From Candidatus Woesearchaeota archaeon (GTDB lineage: Archaea; Nanobdellota; Nanobdellia; Pacearchaeales; GW2011-AR1): 64,000 bases of DNA. The notes below the pieces were generated by a model. It was given only the letters and a program-made list of their open reading frames with translations, made no database searches and was not told the DNA's origin. Position 1 is the first letter of the stretch; every line of letters starts with the position of its first letter. The stretch covers positions 2,987 through 66,986 of the forward strand of contig CAZTIP010000003.1 of NCBI GenBank assembly GCA_964613185.1, given 5' to 3'. The position numbers were made by a program, and so were the translations under genes. Positions 35,652-45,137 of the stretch are shown piece by piece.

Positions 35652-38516
35652 ATGACCTATATAAAAAGGATGGTGATGCATGGGTTCAAATCTTTCGCAA
35701 GAAAAACTGAAATTCCCTTAGAAAATGTCATGAATGTTATTGTCGGACCAAATGGTTCGGGAAAATCAAATATTACTGACGCACTTTGCTTTGTACTCGG
35801 AAGACTTTCAATAAAATCCATCAGAGCAGCAAAGGCAGCAAATTTACTTTTCACAGGAAATAAAACTTACAAAGGTTCTCAAGAAGCATCAGTAGAATTA
35901 ATTTTTGATAACTCGGACAATTCTTTCAGTACGGATGGAAATGAATTATCTATAAAAAGGATAGTGAGAAAAAACGGACAATCAATCTATAAAATAAATC
36001 ACCAAACAAAAACAAGGCAAGATTTATTAGAAATTCTTTCCCAAGCAGGAATTGACCCAAACGGATTCAATATTGTTTTACAAGGAGAAATACAATCCTT
36101 AGTAAAATCCACTCCAGAAGAAAGAAGAAAAATTATTGAAGAGGTAGCAGGAATTTCAATATATGAAACAAGAAAACACAAATCTCTAAAGGAATTAGAA
36201 AAAACTGAAGAAAAATTAAAAGAAGTTTCTGCAGTTTTAAGAGAAAGAAATTCACATTTAAAAAATTTAGAAAAGGATAAGCAAGAAGCAATAACTTGGA
36301 AAAATTTGGAAAAAACAATAAATCGATGTAAAGCAACTTTGATTTCAAAAGAGATAAAAGAAAAAGAAAAGGAAATTGAGGGAGTTGAAAAATTCATAGA
36401 AAATAACGAGAATGAAGTAAAAAATTTAAAAAGTAAAATAAATGAAAAAAGTGTATTGATAGAAGAAATTCAAAACAAAATTAAAATAATAAATAAAAAA
36501 ATACAATCTTCTACAAGTAATGAGCAGGAAATTCTCCATAAGGAATTATCAGATTTAAAGGCAAATTTAGCAGGATTAAATGTAAGAAATGAAAATTTCA
36601 GGAATAGAATTGAGCAAGGAAAAGAAAAATCTCTAAACTACAGGAAAAAAATAAAAAATTTAAATGAAGAAATTTCAAAAATACACTCTGCAAGCCCTGA
36701 AATAAAAGAACAACAAGGAAAACAAAAAGTTTTACAAGAAAGATTTGAAATTTTAGAAAAACAAAGAAGGAGATTTTATATTTTAAAATCTGATTTATCG
36801 ACGATAGAAAATAAAAAATACGAAAAGGAAAAATTTTTAATAGAATCTCAAAAAGAAATTCAATTAATAGAAAAAACAATAGAATCTCTTTTTAATGAAA
36901 TAAAATATGCTAAATCTTCAGAGAAAATAATTCATTTTAAGAGAGAAACAAAAGGAAAAATTAATTCCACTGAAGAGAAGATATCTGAATTAGAATCTGA
37001 AATTTTGGAAAAGGAAAAAAGAAATGCAGTTCTTAAAATGGACATTCAAAGGGAAGAGAAATTAACAAAAGATATTTCAGGCTTAGAAAATTGTCCAATT
37101 TGTAAACAGGATGTAAAAGAAGGACATAAACACCAAATATCTAATGAATCAAGTAAAAAAATTAATTTATTCAAAGAAGAATATAAAAATAATGAAAAGG
37201 CAATATTTGAGGACAATCAAAAAATAGAATTTCTAAAAGAGAAACTTTCAAATTTAAGGATAAAAGAAAACGAATTAGAAATTGATGAGTTAAAGGTTAA
37301 AAATTCAGAGGAAAAAAAAGAAAGTGTTAAGAGAATTTTTATTTCTCAAAAAGAAGTAAAAAATGACCTAGGAAAGATAAGGGAGAAGATACAAATTTTA
37401 AATCCTGAATTCGAAAAATTAAAAAATATCGAGACAGAATATGACGAAAAGAGATTAGAATTGCAAGAACTAAATTTTGCAGAAATAGATATTGATACTG
37501 AGATTACAATAAAGAGAAAGGAGATTAATAGGATGGATTTAGAATTAAAATCAATAACTAGGGATATGGAAGAATCTGAAATTGAATTTGAAAAAATTAA
37601 AATTTCGATAGACGAACAAGAGGAATTATTAGAAAGGAAGGAAATAGAAGAACAAAAATTATTTGAAAAATTTCAGGAATTTTTTAATGAAAAAAATAGT
37701 CTTCAGGACAGGGAAAAAGTTTTAGAGACAGATATAATGGGGTTTCAACACAATGCAAAAAATTTTGAAGAAAAGATAAATCACTATAAGATTCAAAAAG
37801 CACAGTATAATGCTCAAAGGGATTCATTAAAAACAGAATTTGCCGAATTCAAAGAAATAGAATTAATTTCTGCACCGAAAGATCAAATAAGGGATAGATT
37901 ACAAAAGTCTCAATTCAGAATTTCAAAATTCGGAAACGTGAATATGAGAGCATTAGAAGTTTTTGAAAAAGTTCAGGAACAGTGCATTTCAATTCAGGAA
38001 AAAGTAGATATTATAAAAAAGGAAAAAGAAAATATCGAAAAAATAATTGCCGAAATAGATAAAAAGAAAAAGAAATCTTTTGTTAAAACACTAACAGAAG
38101 TAAATGAATTTTTCACAAGAAATTTTTCACAATTATCCAAAAAAGGAGAAGTTTTTTTAGAACTAGAAAATAAAAAGGAACCCTTTGACGGTGGATTAAA
38201 TATTTTAATCAAAGTTTCAAGGGGAAGGTATTTTGATATCGCAAGTCTTTCAGGAGGAGAAAAAACGATGGTAGCTCTTTCATTAATTTTTGCGATACAG
38301 GAGTACAATCCTTATTGTTTTTACATTTTTGATGAAATTGATGCCGCATTAGATAAACATAATTCGGAACTTCTAGCAGCCCTAATTAAAAAATACATGA
38401 AAACAGGACAATACATAATCATTACTCACAATGACACCTTAATCAGCGAATCTACAAATCTCTACGGAGTTTCAATGCAAGAAAACATTTCTAAAATAAT
38501 AAGTTTGAAAGTATAA
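35652..38516 (+). CDS. smc: Smc-family ATPase with central CxxC zinc-hook-like motif
   Basis: GFKSF, GPNGSGKSN, VLQG, GNVNMRA, LSGGEKT, FDEIDAALD, ITH; CPIC at aa 481-484 of 954. Confidence 0.9.
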   Translation: MTYIKRMVMHGFKSFARKTEIPLENVMNVIVGPNGSGKSNITDALCFVLGRLSIKSIRAAKAANLLFTGNKTYKGSQEASVELIFDNSDNSFSTDGNELSIKRIVRKNGQSIYKINHQTKTRQDLLEILSQAGIDPNGFNIVLQGEIQSLVKSTPEERRKIIEEVAGISIYETRKHKSLKELEKTEEKLKEVSAVLRERNSHLKNLEKDKQEAITWKNLEKTINRCKATLISKEIKEKEKEIEGVEKFIENNENEVKNLKSKINEKSVLIEEIQNKIKIINKKIQSSTSNEQEILHKELSDLKANLAGLNVRNENFRNRIEQGKEKSLNYRKKIKNLNEEISKIHSASPEIKEQQGKQKVLQERFEILEKQRRRFYILKSDLSTIENKKYEKEKFLIESQKEIQLIEKTIESLFNEIKYAKSSEKIIHFKRETKGKINSTEEKISELESEILEKEKRNAVLKMDIQREEKLTKDISGLENCPICKQDVKEGHKHQISNESSKKINLFKEEYKNNEKAIFEDNQKIEFLKEKLSNLRIKENELEIDELKVKNSEEKKESVKRIFISQKEVKNDLGKIREKIQILNPEFEKLKNIETEYDEKRLELQELNFAEIDIDTEITIKRKEINRMDLELKSITRDMEESEIEFEKIKISIDEQEELLERKEIEEQKLFEKFQEFFNEKNSLQDREKVLETDIMGFQHNAKNFEEKINHYKIQKAQYNAQRDSLKTEFAEFKEIELISAPKDQIRDRLQKSQFRISKFGNVNMRALEVFEKVQEQCISIQEKVDIIKKEKENIEKIIAEIDKKKKKSFVKTLTEVNEFFTRNFSQLSKKGEVFLELENKKEPFDGGLNILIKVSRGRYFDIASLSGGEKTMVALSLIFAIQEYNPYCFYIFDEIDAALDKHNSELLAALIKKYMKTGQYIIITHNDTLISESTNLYGVSMQENISKIISLKV

Positions 38517-38584
38517 ACTATCACAAAAACATTCTCCCTCAAAGAGGGAAATTAAAAAAATAAAAATAAAAATAATTAGTGAAA

Positions 38585-39798
38585 TTAGTAATAACTAGTT
38601 TCTACTTCTTCCATTGGTTTTTCCTTTCGTGCAAGAAGCATAACTAAAACGGCAAGAAGCACAACAAAGATTATTACAAGGATAATTGTCAAAGCAACAA
38701 CAGATGCAGAGACAGAAGATCCAATAATATTTGCTCCGAAGACAGCTTGTTCTCCGTCAACTTCTACAGAGAAAGTGTAAGTTCCAATAGCTACATCCTC
38801 AGATGCAGTAACCATAATTTCAACAGTTTCGCTTGATTCAGGGCCAACAGTAATTACTGAAGGTGCAGAAACGTCCAATCCATTTCCAAAAACAGTATTA
38901 ATATTGAAAACCCTTACACCATTAGCAGAATTAACAATAATTAATTCATAGGCTGTACTTTCTCCAGCGTTTAAGTCCTTATTTTTTACAGCAGTTAAAA
39001 CTTCAAAGTTATTAGAGTCTTCAACACTTACAAGTTTTTCAACAGCAAAAGAAGAATCATCATTATATGCTCGGATTTCCATCAAATAAACTCCGCCATC
39101 AGAATCTTCTGGAACTTCCAAGTAAATTGTTGCTGAAATAGAATCTGTATCGTCTTCATCACTACCTTGACCATTGTCTGTTGAAGTTGTAACTAAATCT
39201 CCAAGATATTTTTGTGAAAAAACACCTAATGAAGGAATAGAAACTGCAACATAAGTATCATCAGCCCTATTAAATCCGCTATTTTTTACAACAACAGAAA
39301 CAGGAACAACGTCACCTGTAGACATTTTTGAAGGATTATTCACTGACAAAATTTCAAAAGTATATGGTTCTCTTTGCATACGAATGGTATACTCTCTTTC
39401 AGTTCGGTCAGTTGATGAAACAATTTCAACATAAAGAGTATAATCTTTATATTGGTCGTCTTCATCAGAAGGAAGTTCTAATGATAAAAGTTTTGTATAG
39501 GTAGTTGAATCAACAATATCAAATCGTTCAGTAGATGCATAAACATCATCCCTGTGACCTTCAATACGTGCCTTAATTCTAACATCGCTCATATTTTGAA
39601 CTGAATCAAAAGTAACTCTTAAAGGAACCACTTCACCGACAATCCCTGACATTGTAAGACTATAAACATCTAATTCAACATTATTAAATTCAGTTTCGAC
39701 ATTTCCGGCAAGATCACTAGCGGAAACTAAGCCTATCATTAAGAATGATAGAACTGCAATAAAAGGAATTAAAAGTAAATTTTTTTTCATATTTTCCA
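38585..39798 (-). CDS. Cell-surface/S-layer-associated protein with Ig-like (CARDB-type) domains and C-terminal TM anchor
   Basis: Probable start MENMKKN (signal peptide); acidic beta-rich body, VKNSG motif, C-terminal TM; the track's 5' extension to 39946 overlaps the divergent gene. Confidence 0.72.
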
Positions 39799-39915
39799 TA
39801 TTCAATTTAGTTAAACATTCGACCAAAGATAAGTATTTAAACCTTATTGTTGTTGTAATTTTTAAAGGACGAAAAAGTAAAAAAAGTATACCCCGGTATA
39901 CATTTTGTTTAAAAA

Positions 39916-40185
39916 ATGAGTAATAAAAAAAATAAAGTTTCTCCAAAAATAACGACGCTGAAACTTCTAGAAGAAACTAAACTTCGGCTTGAAAAATTAA
40001 GGGAACATAAAAGAGAATCTTATAATGACATTTTAAAAAAAATGTTATATGTATTAAATGTTGCAAGGGACGATCCAGAAAAAGCAAAACGAGTTCTAGA
40101 AAAAATTGATGACATAAGAAATCAAATGTTAAAAGAAACACTTCAACAAAAAGAGGATTTTGAAAAAGAAAAATTAAGAAAATAA
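39916..40185 (+). CDS. Small ribbon-helix-helix-like DNA-binding protein
   Basis: ITTLKL..ETKLRLEKL....ESYNDILKKM pattern. Confidence 0.65.
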   Translation: MSNKKNKVSPKITTLKLLEETKLRLEKLREHKRESYNDILKKMLYVLNVARDDPEKAKRVLEKIDDIRNQMLKETLQQKEDFEKEKLRK

Positions 40186-40224
40186 AAATTTATCTTTCGC
40201 AATTTTCAAATTTAATTTAGTCAC

Positions 40225-40710
40225 TCAACTAAAATGAGGATTGGCATTTTCTAAACCAAGATTATCAATATTTTGAATAATATAAGAATACATTTTTTTA
40301 ATCACAATATCTTGAAGATTTTCCTTTAAAATTCCGTGACATTCACCAATATTACTTTCGGGAACCCCTATCATTCCAAAAGGTAAATCACAAATCATAC
40401 CTTGTCCTTCTAATTTCAAAGAATCTTGATTATTTAATTCTCCCTGAAGCAATTCTGCATGGACTCTGCAATCATTTTCAAATCTTCCCAGAATAGAATA
40501 TCTAAAAATCATATCACTTCCACCAACAAATTTTGCCCTATCACAAGATTTTAAATTTTTATTAAAACATTCCAACTCATTACACTCCTCAAAACTAAAA
40601 AAAGAAAGCCATCCAACATAACTTAAAAATAAAAAAAACGAAAGGAGAACGAGAACTTTTAAAAAAATCAATTTATTTTTTCCACCTTCCTTTTTCTTTT
40701 TAACCACCAT
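40225..40710 (-). CDS. Membrane-anchored Cys-containing hypothetical protein
   Basis: N-terminal TM, six Cys in extracellular domain. Confidence 0.7.
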   Translation of the reverse strand: MVVKKKKEGGKNKLIFLKVLVLLSFFLFLSYVGWLSFFSFEECNELECFNKNLKSCDRAKFVGGSDMIFRYSILGRFENDCRVHAELLQGELNNQDSLKLEGQGMICDLPFGMIGVPESNIGECHGILKENLQDIVIKKMYSYIIQNIDNLGLENANPHFS

Positions 40711-40820
40711 AGAAAAATAAAGATTAAATGGTATATAAAACTTATTAAAATAAAAAAATAAAAAAATAAAAAAATTCTAAATGAGAACAAAATGTAATTA
40801 AAATTAATTCGATTTAAAAA

Positions 40821-41966
40821 TTACAAAGAAATTAACTCTATATTAGTATCAGGATTCTTTCCAAAAGTTTTCGCAGCAATCGCTCTCACTTGAAGTTTCT
40901 CAGCGTTTTTGATAATTATACCTGTAGCATTAGAAACCATCAAAACAAAAGAATCATTAGGATTAATAGAACTTATCCTAGATGAGGGAAGATTTTGAAC
41001 AACATCTAAATCTTCATTCAAAACAAGAACATTCTTTCCTTTTATCTCTGAAGATAATTCTCTTAATTTTGAGATATCGTCTTCATTCAATGCCCTTCTA
41101 GAAATTTCTACATCTTCAGATTTTTGAACTGAAGATGCTCCAATTTTCCTTAAGAAAACATTTGCAGGAACTTTTTTCCTTAATGCCTGTAACAATTCTT
41201 TTCCCGCAAGCTCTTCTACTTCCTTTCCATCGGGAGCTTGTGCGATATAAACTATTTTTGCATTTTCACAAACATTTTGAGCAATTAGATTTCCTCCACG
41301 GTCTCCATCCACAAATAAAGTCAATTCTTTAGTTTCTCCAAGAGTCGCAATTGTTTTAGGAAATCGAGTTCCTTGCATCCCAATAACATTCTTAATTCCA
41401 TGTTTCAGCATATTAACAACATCTGCACGTCCTTCAGTAACAATCAATTCCTTATCCGTTTCGATATTCGGACCAGCAGCCAAACCTTCCTCTCCATATT
41501 CAACAACTTTAGAAATTCGTGTAGATTCTTTCAATTCATTTTCCATTTCAACAGAATCCATCCCTTCATTGGAAATATTCGCAAGTAATGCTTTAGCTCG
41601 TTCCATGATATAGTCTCTCTTAGAACCACGAACATCTGAAACTTCCCGAATAGTGATCTTTGCATCAGTAGGACCTATCTTATCAATAGTTTCTAAAGCC
41701 GCAGCTATAATTGTTGTTTCAGTTTTATCTAAAGCAGAGGGAATATTAATTTCTCCAGTGGTTTTTCCATCAACAGTTGTTAAATCAACTTCAATTCTTC
41801 CTACCTTCCCTTCTTTTTGAAGTTCTCTCAATTCCATATCTGAACCAAGCAGTCCTTCTGTTTGACCGAACAAAGCTCCAATAACATCCGGTTTTTGAAA
41901 GGGACCCTCAGCTACAAAATCTGCAATAATCGAATATTTTATCGACGTTGGACTTATTTTAGCCAT
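40821..41966 (-). CDS. dnaG: Archaeal DnaG-type primase/exosome-associated protein
   Basis: KPDVIGALFGQTEGLLG, TOPRIM EGRADV and DGDRGG. Confidence 0.95.
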   Translation of the reverse strand: MAKISPTSIKYSIIADFVAEGPFQKPDVIGALFGQTEGLLGSDMELRELQKEGKVGRIEVDLTTVDGKTTGEINIPSALDKTETTIIAAALETIDKIGPTDAKITIREVSDVRGSKRDYIMERAKALLANISNEGMDSVEMENELKESTRISKVVEYGEEGLAAGPNIETDKELIVTEGRADVVNMLKHGIKNVIGMQGTRFPKTIATLGETKELTLFVDGDRGGNLIAQNVCENAKIVYIAQAPDGKEVEELAGKELLQALRKKVPANVFLRKIGASSVQKSEDVEISRRALNEDDISKLRELSSEIKGKNVLVLNEDLDVVQNLPSSRISSINPNDSFVLMVSNATGIIIKNAEKLQVRAIAAKTFGKNPDTNIELISL

Positions 41967-42181
41967 TTTTTATATTTTTCTCCATTATTTAATTAATTAG
42001 AAATCTATCTCTGTGCTTTACAAACAAATTTTTAAAGTAAATGTGATAATCGTAATATGATACTATTTGATCTCTAACAAAAAATAAACAACTCAATCCT
42101 TTTTAAATTTTGTCATTTTCAAAATTAACGGAAATCTTTATATACTTCTCACTTCAATCAAGAGTAAATAAAGGGGGCTAA

Positions 42182-42256
42182 ATGGAATCTATCGACGAGA
42201 AATCCGAAAACGAGGAAGAATTTGACGACGATGAAGAACTCGAAGATGACGAATAG
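42182..42256 (+). CDS. 24-aa highly acidic micro-protein (MESIDEKSENEEEFDDDEELEDDE)
   Basis: AGGGGG RBS-like 5 nt before ATG, TTTATATA box upstream. Confidence 0.5.
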   Translation: MESIDEKSENEEEFDDDEELEDDE

Positions 42257-42266
42257 ATAATAAACA

Positions 42267-42347
42267 ATGTCTGAACTAGAAGAAATTGGAATCGAAGAAG
42301 GGGATTTTGATCTAACTGAAGAAGCTGAAGAAAACGATATAGAATAA
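42267..42347 (+). CDS. 26-aa highly acidic micro-protein (MSELEEIGIEEGDFDLTEEAEENDIE)
   Basis: Starts 10 nt after the first micro-ORF, same composition, T-rich stretch after stop. Confidence 0.45.
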   Translation: MSELEEIGIEEGDFDLTEEAEENDIE

Positions 42348-42387
42348 ATTTTATTTTAAAAAAATTTATACTTTTCAAGAAACTTTA

Positions 42388-42969
42388 CTATATCCCTTCA
42401 AGCAATTTAGCTTCTCGGAAGAATCCAAGAGAATTATATGTAGAAATCAATTTCTTTTTTATTTCTTTTTTCTCAATATCCTCTAAATTCATTTTAATAA
42501 TTTTTTCATAAAATTTAGCGGCAGAAACTTTTTTTCCTTTTTCTTCTAAAGATTTTGCAGAAGAAAGATAAATATTTTTACGGGCTAATTTGATTTTTAA
42601 TTTTTGTTCCGAATTTCCATCACGAAGAGCACGAACAAACATTTCGTCAGAATCTTCAAGTTTTCCAACTTTAGAATAAAGTTCTGCTGCAGAAAGGTAA
42701 TCATCAATCCTTTTTTTGAAAGAAACTTCGGAAGAAGCCTTATTCGCTAATGCTTTAGCTGCCCTGCCATACATTCCACGTTCTTCTAAAAATTCGGAAA
42801 GTTTACTCCATAAAAATCTTTTTATCTCAAAACTAAATCCAGATTCTTTCAATGCAGATTCCAAATAATTAATTTTGTTCAAAGAAGTAGTCATCTCTAA
42901 AAGTTTAGATTCAATCTCTTCAAGAGTTTTTTCACGTATCTGAATTCCCATCAAAAACAAAACAATCAT
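42388..42969 (-). CDS. Helical-repeat (TPR/SNAP-like) hypothetical protein
   Basis: YLSAAELY, AAKFYEK repeat-like helices; start probably MGIQ ~42951. Confidence 0.7.
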   Translation of the reverse strand: MIVLFLMGIQIREKTLEEIESKLLEMTTSLNKINYLESALKESGFSFEIKRFLWSKLSEFLEERGMYGRAAKALANKASSEVSFKKRIDDYLSAAELYSKVGKLEDSDEMFVRALRDGNSEQKLKIKLARKNIYLSSAKSLEEKGKKVSAAKFYEKIIKMNLEDIEKKEIKKKLISTYNSLGFFREAKLLEGI

Positions 42970-43024
42970 CAGTTTTTAAAAATTCTTATACTCAATTTTA
43001 TATACTTATTCGATTTATTTCAAA

Positions 43025-43582
43025 ATGGAAAGATGTGGATGGGTAAAAAATTCAGATAAAGAATACATAAAATATCATGATAAAGAGTGGGGGGTCCCAG
43101 TTAAAAAGGACAGAAAACTTTTTGAGATGTTAATTTTAGAGGGTGCACAGGCAGGATTATCGTGGTCAACAATTTTAAAAAAAAGAAAAAATTATAGAAG
43201 GGTATTCAATAAATTTAATCCAAAAAAGATATCAAAATATAATGATGAAGAAATAAAAAAACTTTTAAAAAATGATGGGATTGTAAGAAATAAATTAAAA
43301 ATAAAATCTACAATTCAAAACGCAAAAGTTTTTTTAGAAATTCAAAAAGAATTTGGAAGTTTCAATAAATACCTTTGGAAATTTACAAATAATCAAATAA
43401 TAAAAAACAAATTTAAAAAAGTGTCAGAGATTCCTGTAAAAACACCCTTAGCAGAAAAAATTTCAAAAGACCTTAAGAAAAGGGGAATGAATTTCGTTGG
43501 TCCAACAATTATTTATGCATTTATGCAAGCAATAGGGATGGTAAATGATCATACAACTAATTGTTTCAGATACAATAAATAA
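43025..43582 (+). CDS. tag: DNA-3-methyladenine glycosylase I
   Basis: RCGW, YHDKEWG, LEGAQAGLSW, FVGPT, NDH..NC. Confidence 0.95.
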   Translation: MERCGWVKNSDKEYIKYHDKEWGVPVKKDRKLFEMLILEGAQAGLSWSTILKKRKNYRRVFNKFNPKKISKYNDEEIKKLLKNDGIVRNKLKIKSTIQNAKVFLEIQKEFGSFNKYLWKFTNNQIIKNKFKKVSEIPVKTPLAEKISKDLKKRGMNFVGPTIIYAFMQAIGMVNDHTTNCFRYNK

Positions 43583-43727
43583 AAATTGTATTGCTTCAAA
43601 AATTTCTCCTTAAAGCAAAAAATAAAAAAATAAAAAAAGGTCTTATCGACCAAAATCAAAAAATTTAATTTTAATTAAATTCAAACTGGGAGCAAAAATT
43701 TTGCCCACAAAATTAAATAAAATAAAA

Positions 43728-45014
43728 TTATAATTTCTTTTCTACAAGAGACTTGCAAACACCTGCAGCAACTGTAACACCGGCGTCACGGATAGCGAAT
43801 CTTGCCATATTTGGATTCTTATCCGCAGATTCCAAAACAAGATTTCCGATCGGTTTGATTTTTACAATAGCAACATCCCCATTCTTCAAAAAGTCTGGGT
43901 TTTCTTCAGCAACTTGTCCAGATGCAGGATCCAATTTAGCTTTAATTTCCACAAATTGACATGGAACTTGAGCTGTATGGACGTGGAAAACTGGTGTGTA
44001 ACCCTTAGCAATTACAGTTGGGTGGTTAATTATCGCCACTTGAGCTTCAAACTCTTCAACTAGCTTTACAGGTTCAGCAGCATCACAAATAACATCTCCT
44101 CGAGCCATGTCTTTTTTACCAATCCCTCTCAGGTTGATACCTACATTATCTCCAGCTTCTGCTTCTTGTAATTGTTCGTGATGAGCTTCGATACTTCGAA
44201 CTTCACCTTCAATTCCGCTTCCAGATCTCCCTGGTAAAACAATTACTTTTTGACCAATCTTCATAATACCTGTTTCGATTTTTCCTACTGGAACAGTACC
44301 GATACCAGTGATATCATAAACATCCTGGATAGGCATTCTCATTGGTAAGCCAGTTGGTTTTTCAGGTGCAGGAAATTTATCAATCTGTTCAAGAACAGTT
44401 GGTCCCTTGTACCACGCCATTTTGTCAGATTTATTTGCAATGTTATCGCCCATAAGAGCAGAACCTGCAATAAAATTTGTTTCATCGGGTTTAAACCCTG
44501 CCATCTTGATAACAGCAGAAACATCTTCAACGGCTTTTTTATACTTTGCCTCATCATAGTCAACAACATCCATCTTATTGATTAAAACTGCCAAGTGTTT
44601 AACACCCATAGTTCTAAGCAACCAAACATGTTCTTTTGTCTGAGGTTGTACTCCGTCTTCACATCCAACAACTAAAAAGGCAGCATCTGCTTGAGAAGCT
44701 CCAGTAATCATATTCTTAACAAAATCTTTATGTCCTGGTGCATCAATAATTGTAACTTCATAATTTTTAGTCATAAGCTTTTTGTAAGACAAGTTAATAG
44801 TAACTCCTCTTTCTCGCTCTTCCTTCAAATTATCCATTACATAAGCAAATTCAAACCCTGCTTTACCATGTTTTTCTGCTTCTTCTTTGTACTTCTTCAT
44901 TTCCTGTTCGGAAACTGCACCACCGTCAAAAAAAGTTCTACCTACAGCAGTACTTTTTCCTTGGTCGACATGTCCAACGAAGACAACATTCATTCCTGGT
45001 TTTTCTTTAGCCAT
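43728..45014 (-). CDS. tuf: Elongation factor EF-1 alpha
   Basis: [29 protein letters not shown]. Confidence 0.97.
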   Translation of the reverse strand: MAKEKPGMNVVFVGHVDQGKSTAVGRTFFDGGAVSEQEMKKYKEEAEKHGKAGFEFAYVMDNLKEERERGVTINLSYKKLMTKNYEVTIIDAPGHKDFVKNMITGASQADAAFLVVGCEDGVQPQTKEHVWLLRTMGVKHLAVLINKMDVVDYDEAKYKKAVEDVSAVIKMAGFKPDETNFIAGSALMGDNIANKSDKMAWYKGPTVLEQIDKFPAPEKPTGLPMRMPIQDVYDITGIGTVPVGKIETGIMKIGQKVIVLPGRSGSGIEGEVRSIEAHHEQLQEAEAGDNVGINLRGIGKKDMARGDVICDAAEPVKLVEEFEAQVAIINHPTVIAKGYTPVFHVHTAQVPCQFVEIKAKLDPASGQVAEENPDFLKNGDVAIVKIKPIGNLVLESADKNPNMARFAIRDAGVTVAAGVCKSLVEKKL

Positions 45015-45137
45015 TTTTTCTAATTTTTTAATTTAGTTAATTTAATACATCGAAGAAAATTACTCGCCTAAGATGTAAATATAATGTGTAAAATTGGTTT
45101 TTAAAACTTTCCCCTTCAAATTCAATTCTAAAAAAAT

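Noticed and set aside
35652..38516. Plain Rad50/SbcC annotation
   Set aside because: Head motifs (GFKSF, RA..LLF loop, GNVNMRA, DEIDAALD) are Smc-type, not the Rad50 LDEPT type, and no mre11 is adjacent
21423..38602. Partial AACTAGTT matches to the copper operator at ~21424 and ~38593
   Set aside because: Inside coding sequence, incomplete palindromes with no adjacent TATA context
3792..43640. Recurrent AAAAATAAAAAAATAAAA tracts (about 3792, 33726, 38554, 40748, 43617), some with small hairpins
   Set aside because: Located just downstream of minus-strand genes; best explained as ordinary archaeal oligo-T terminators rather than a repeat family
44949..44975. EF-1A P-loop GHVDQGKST (Q instead of H) as special paralogue
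   Set aside because: This position varies among translational GTPases; the rest of the protein and its position after EF-2 fit ordinary EF-1A
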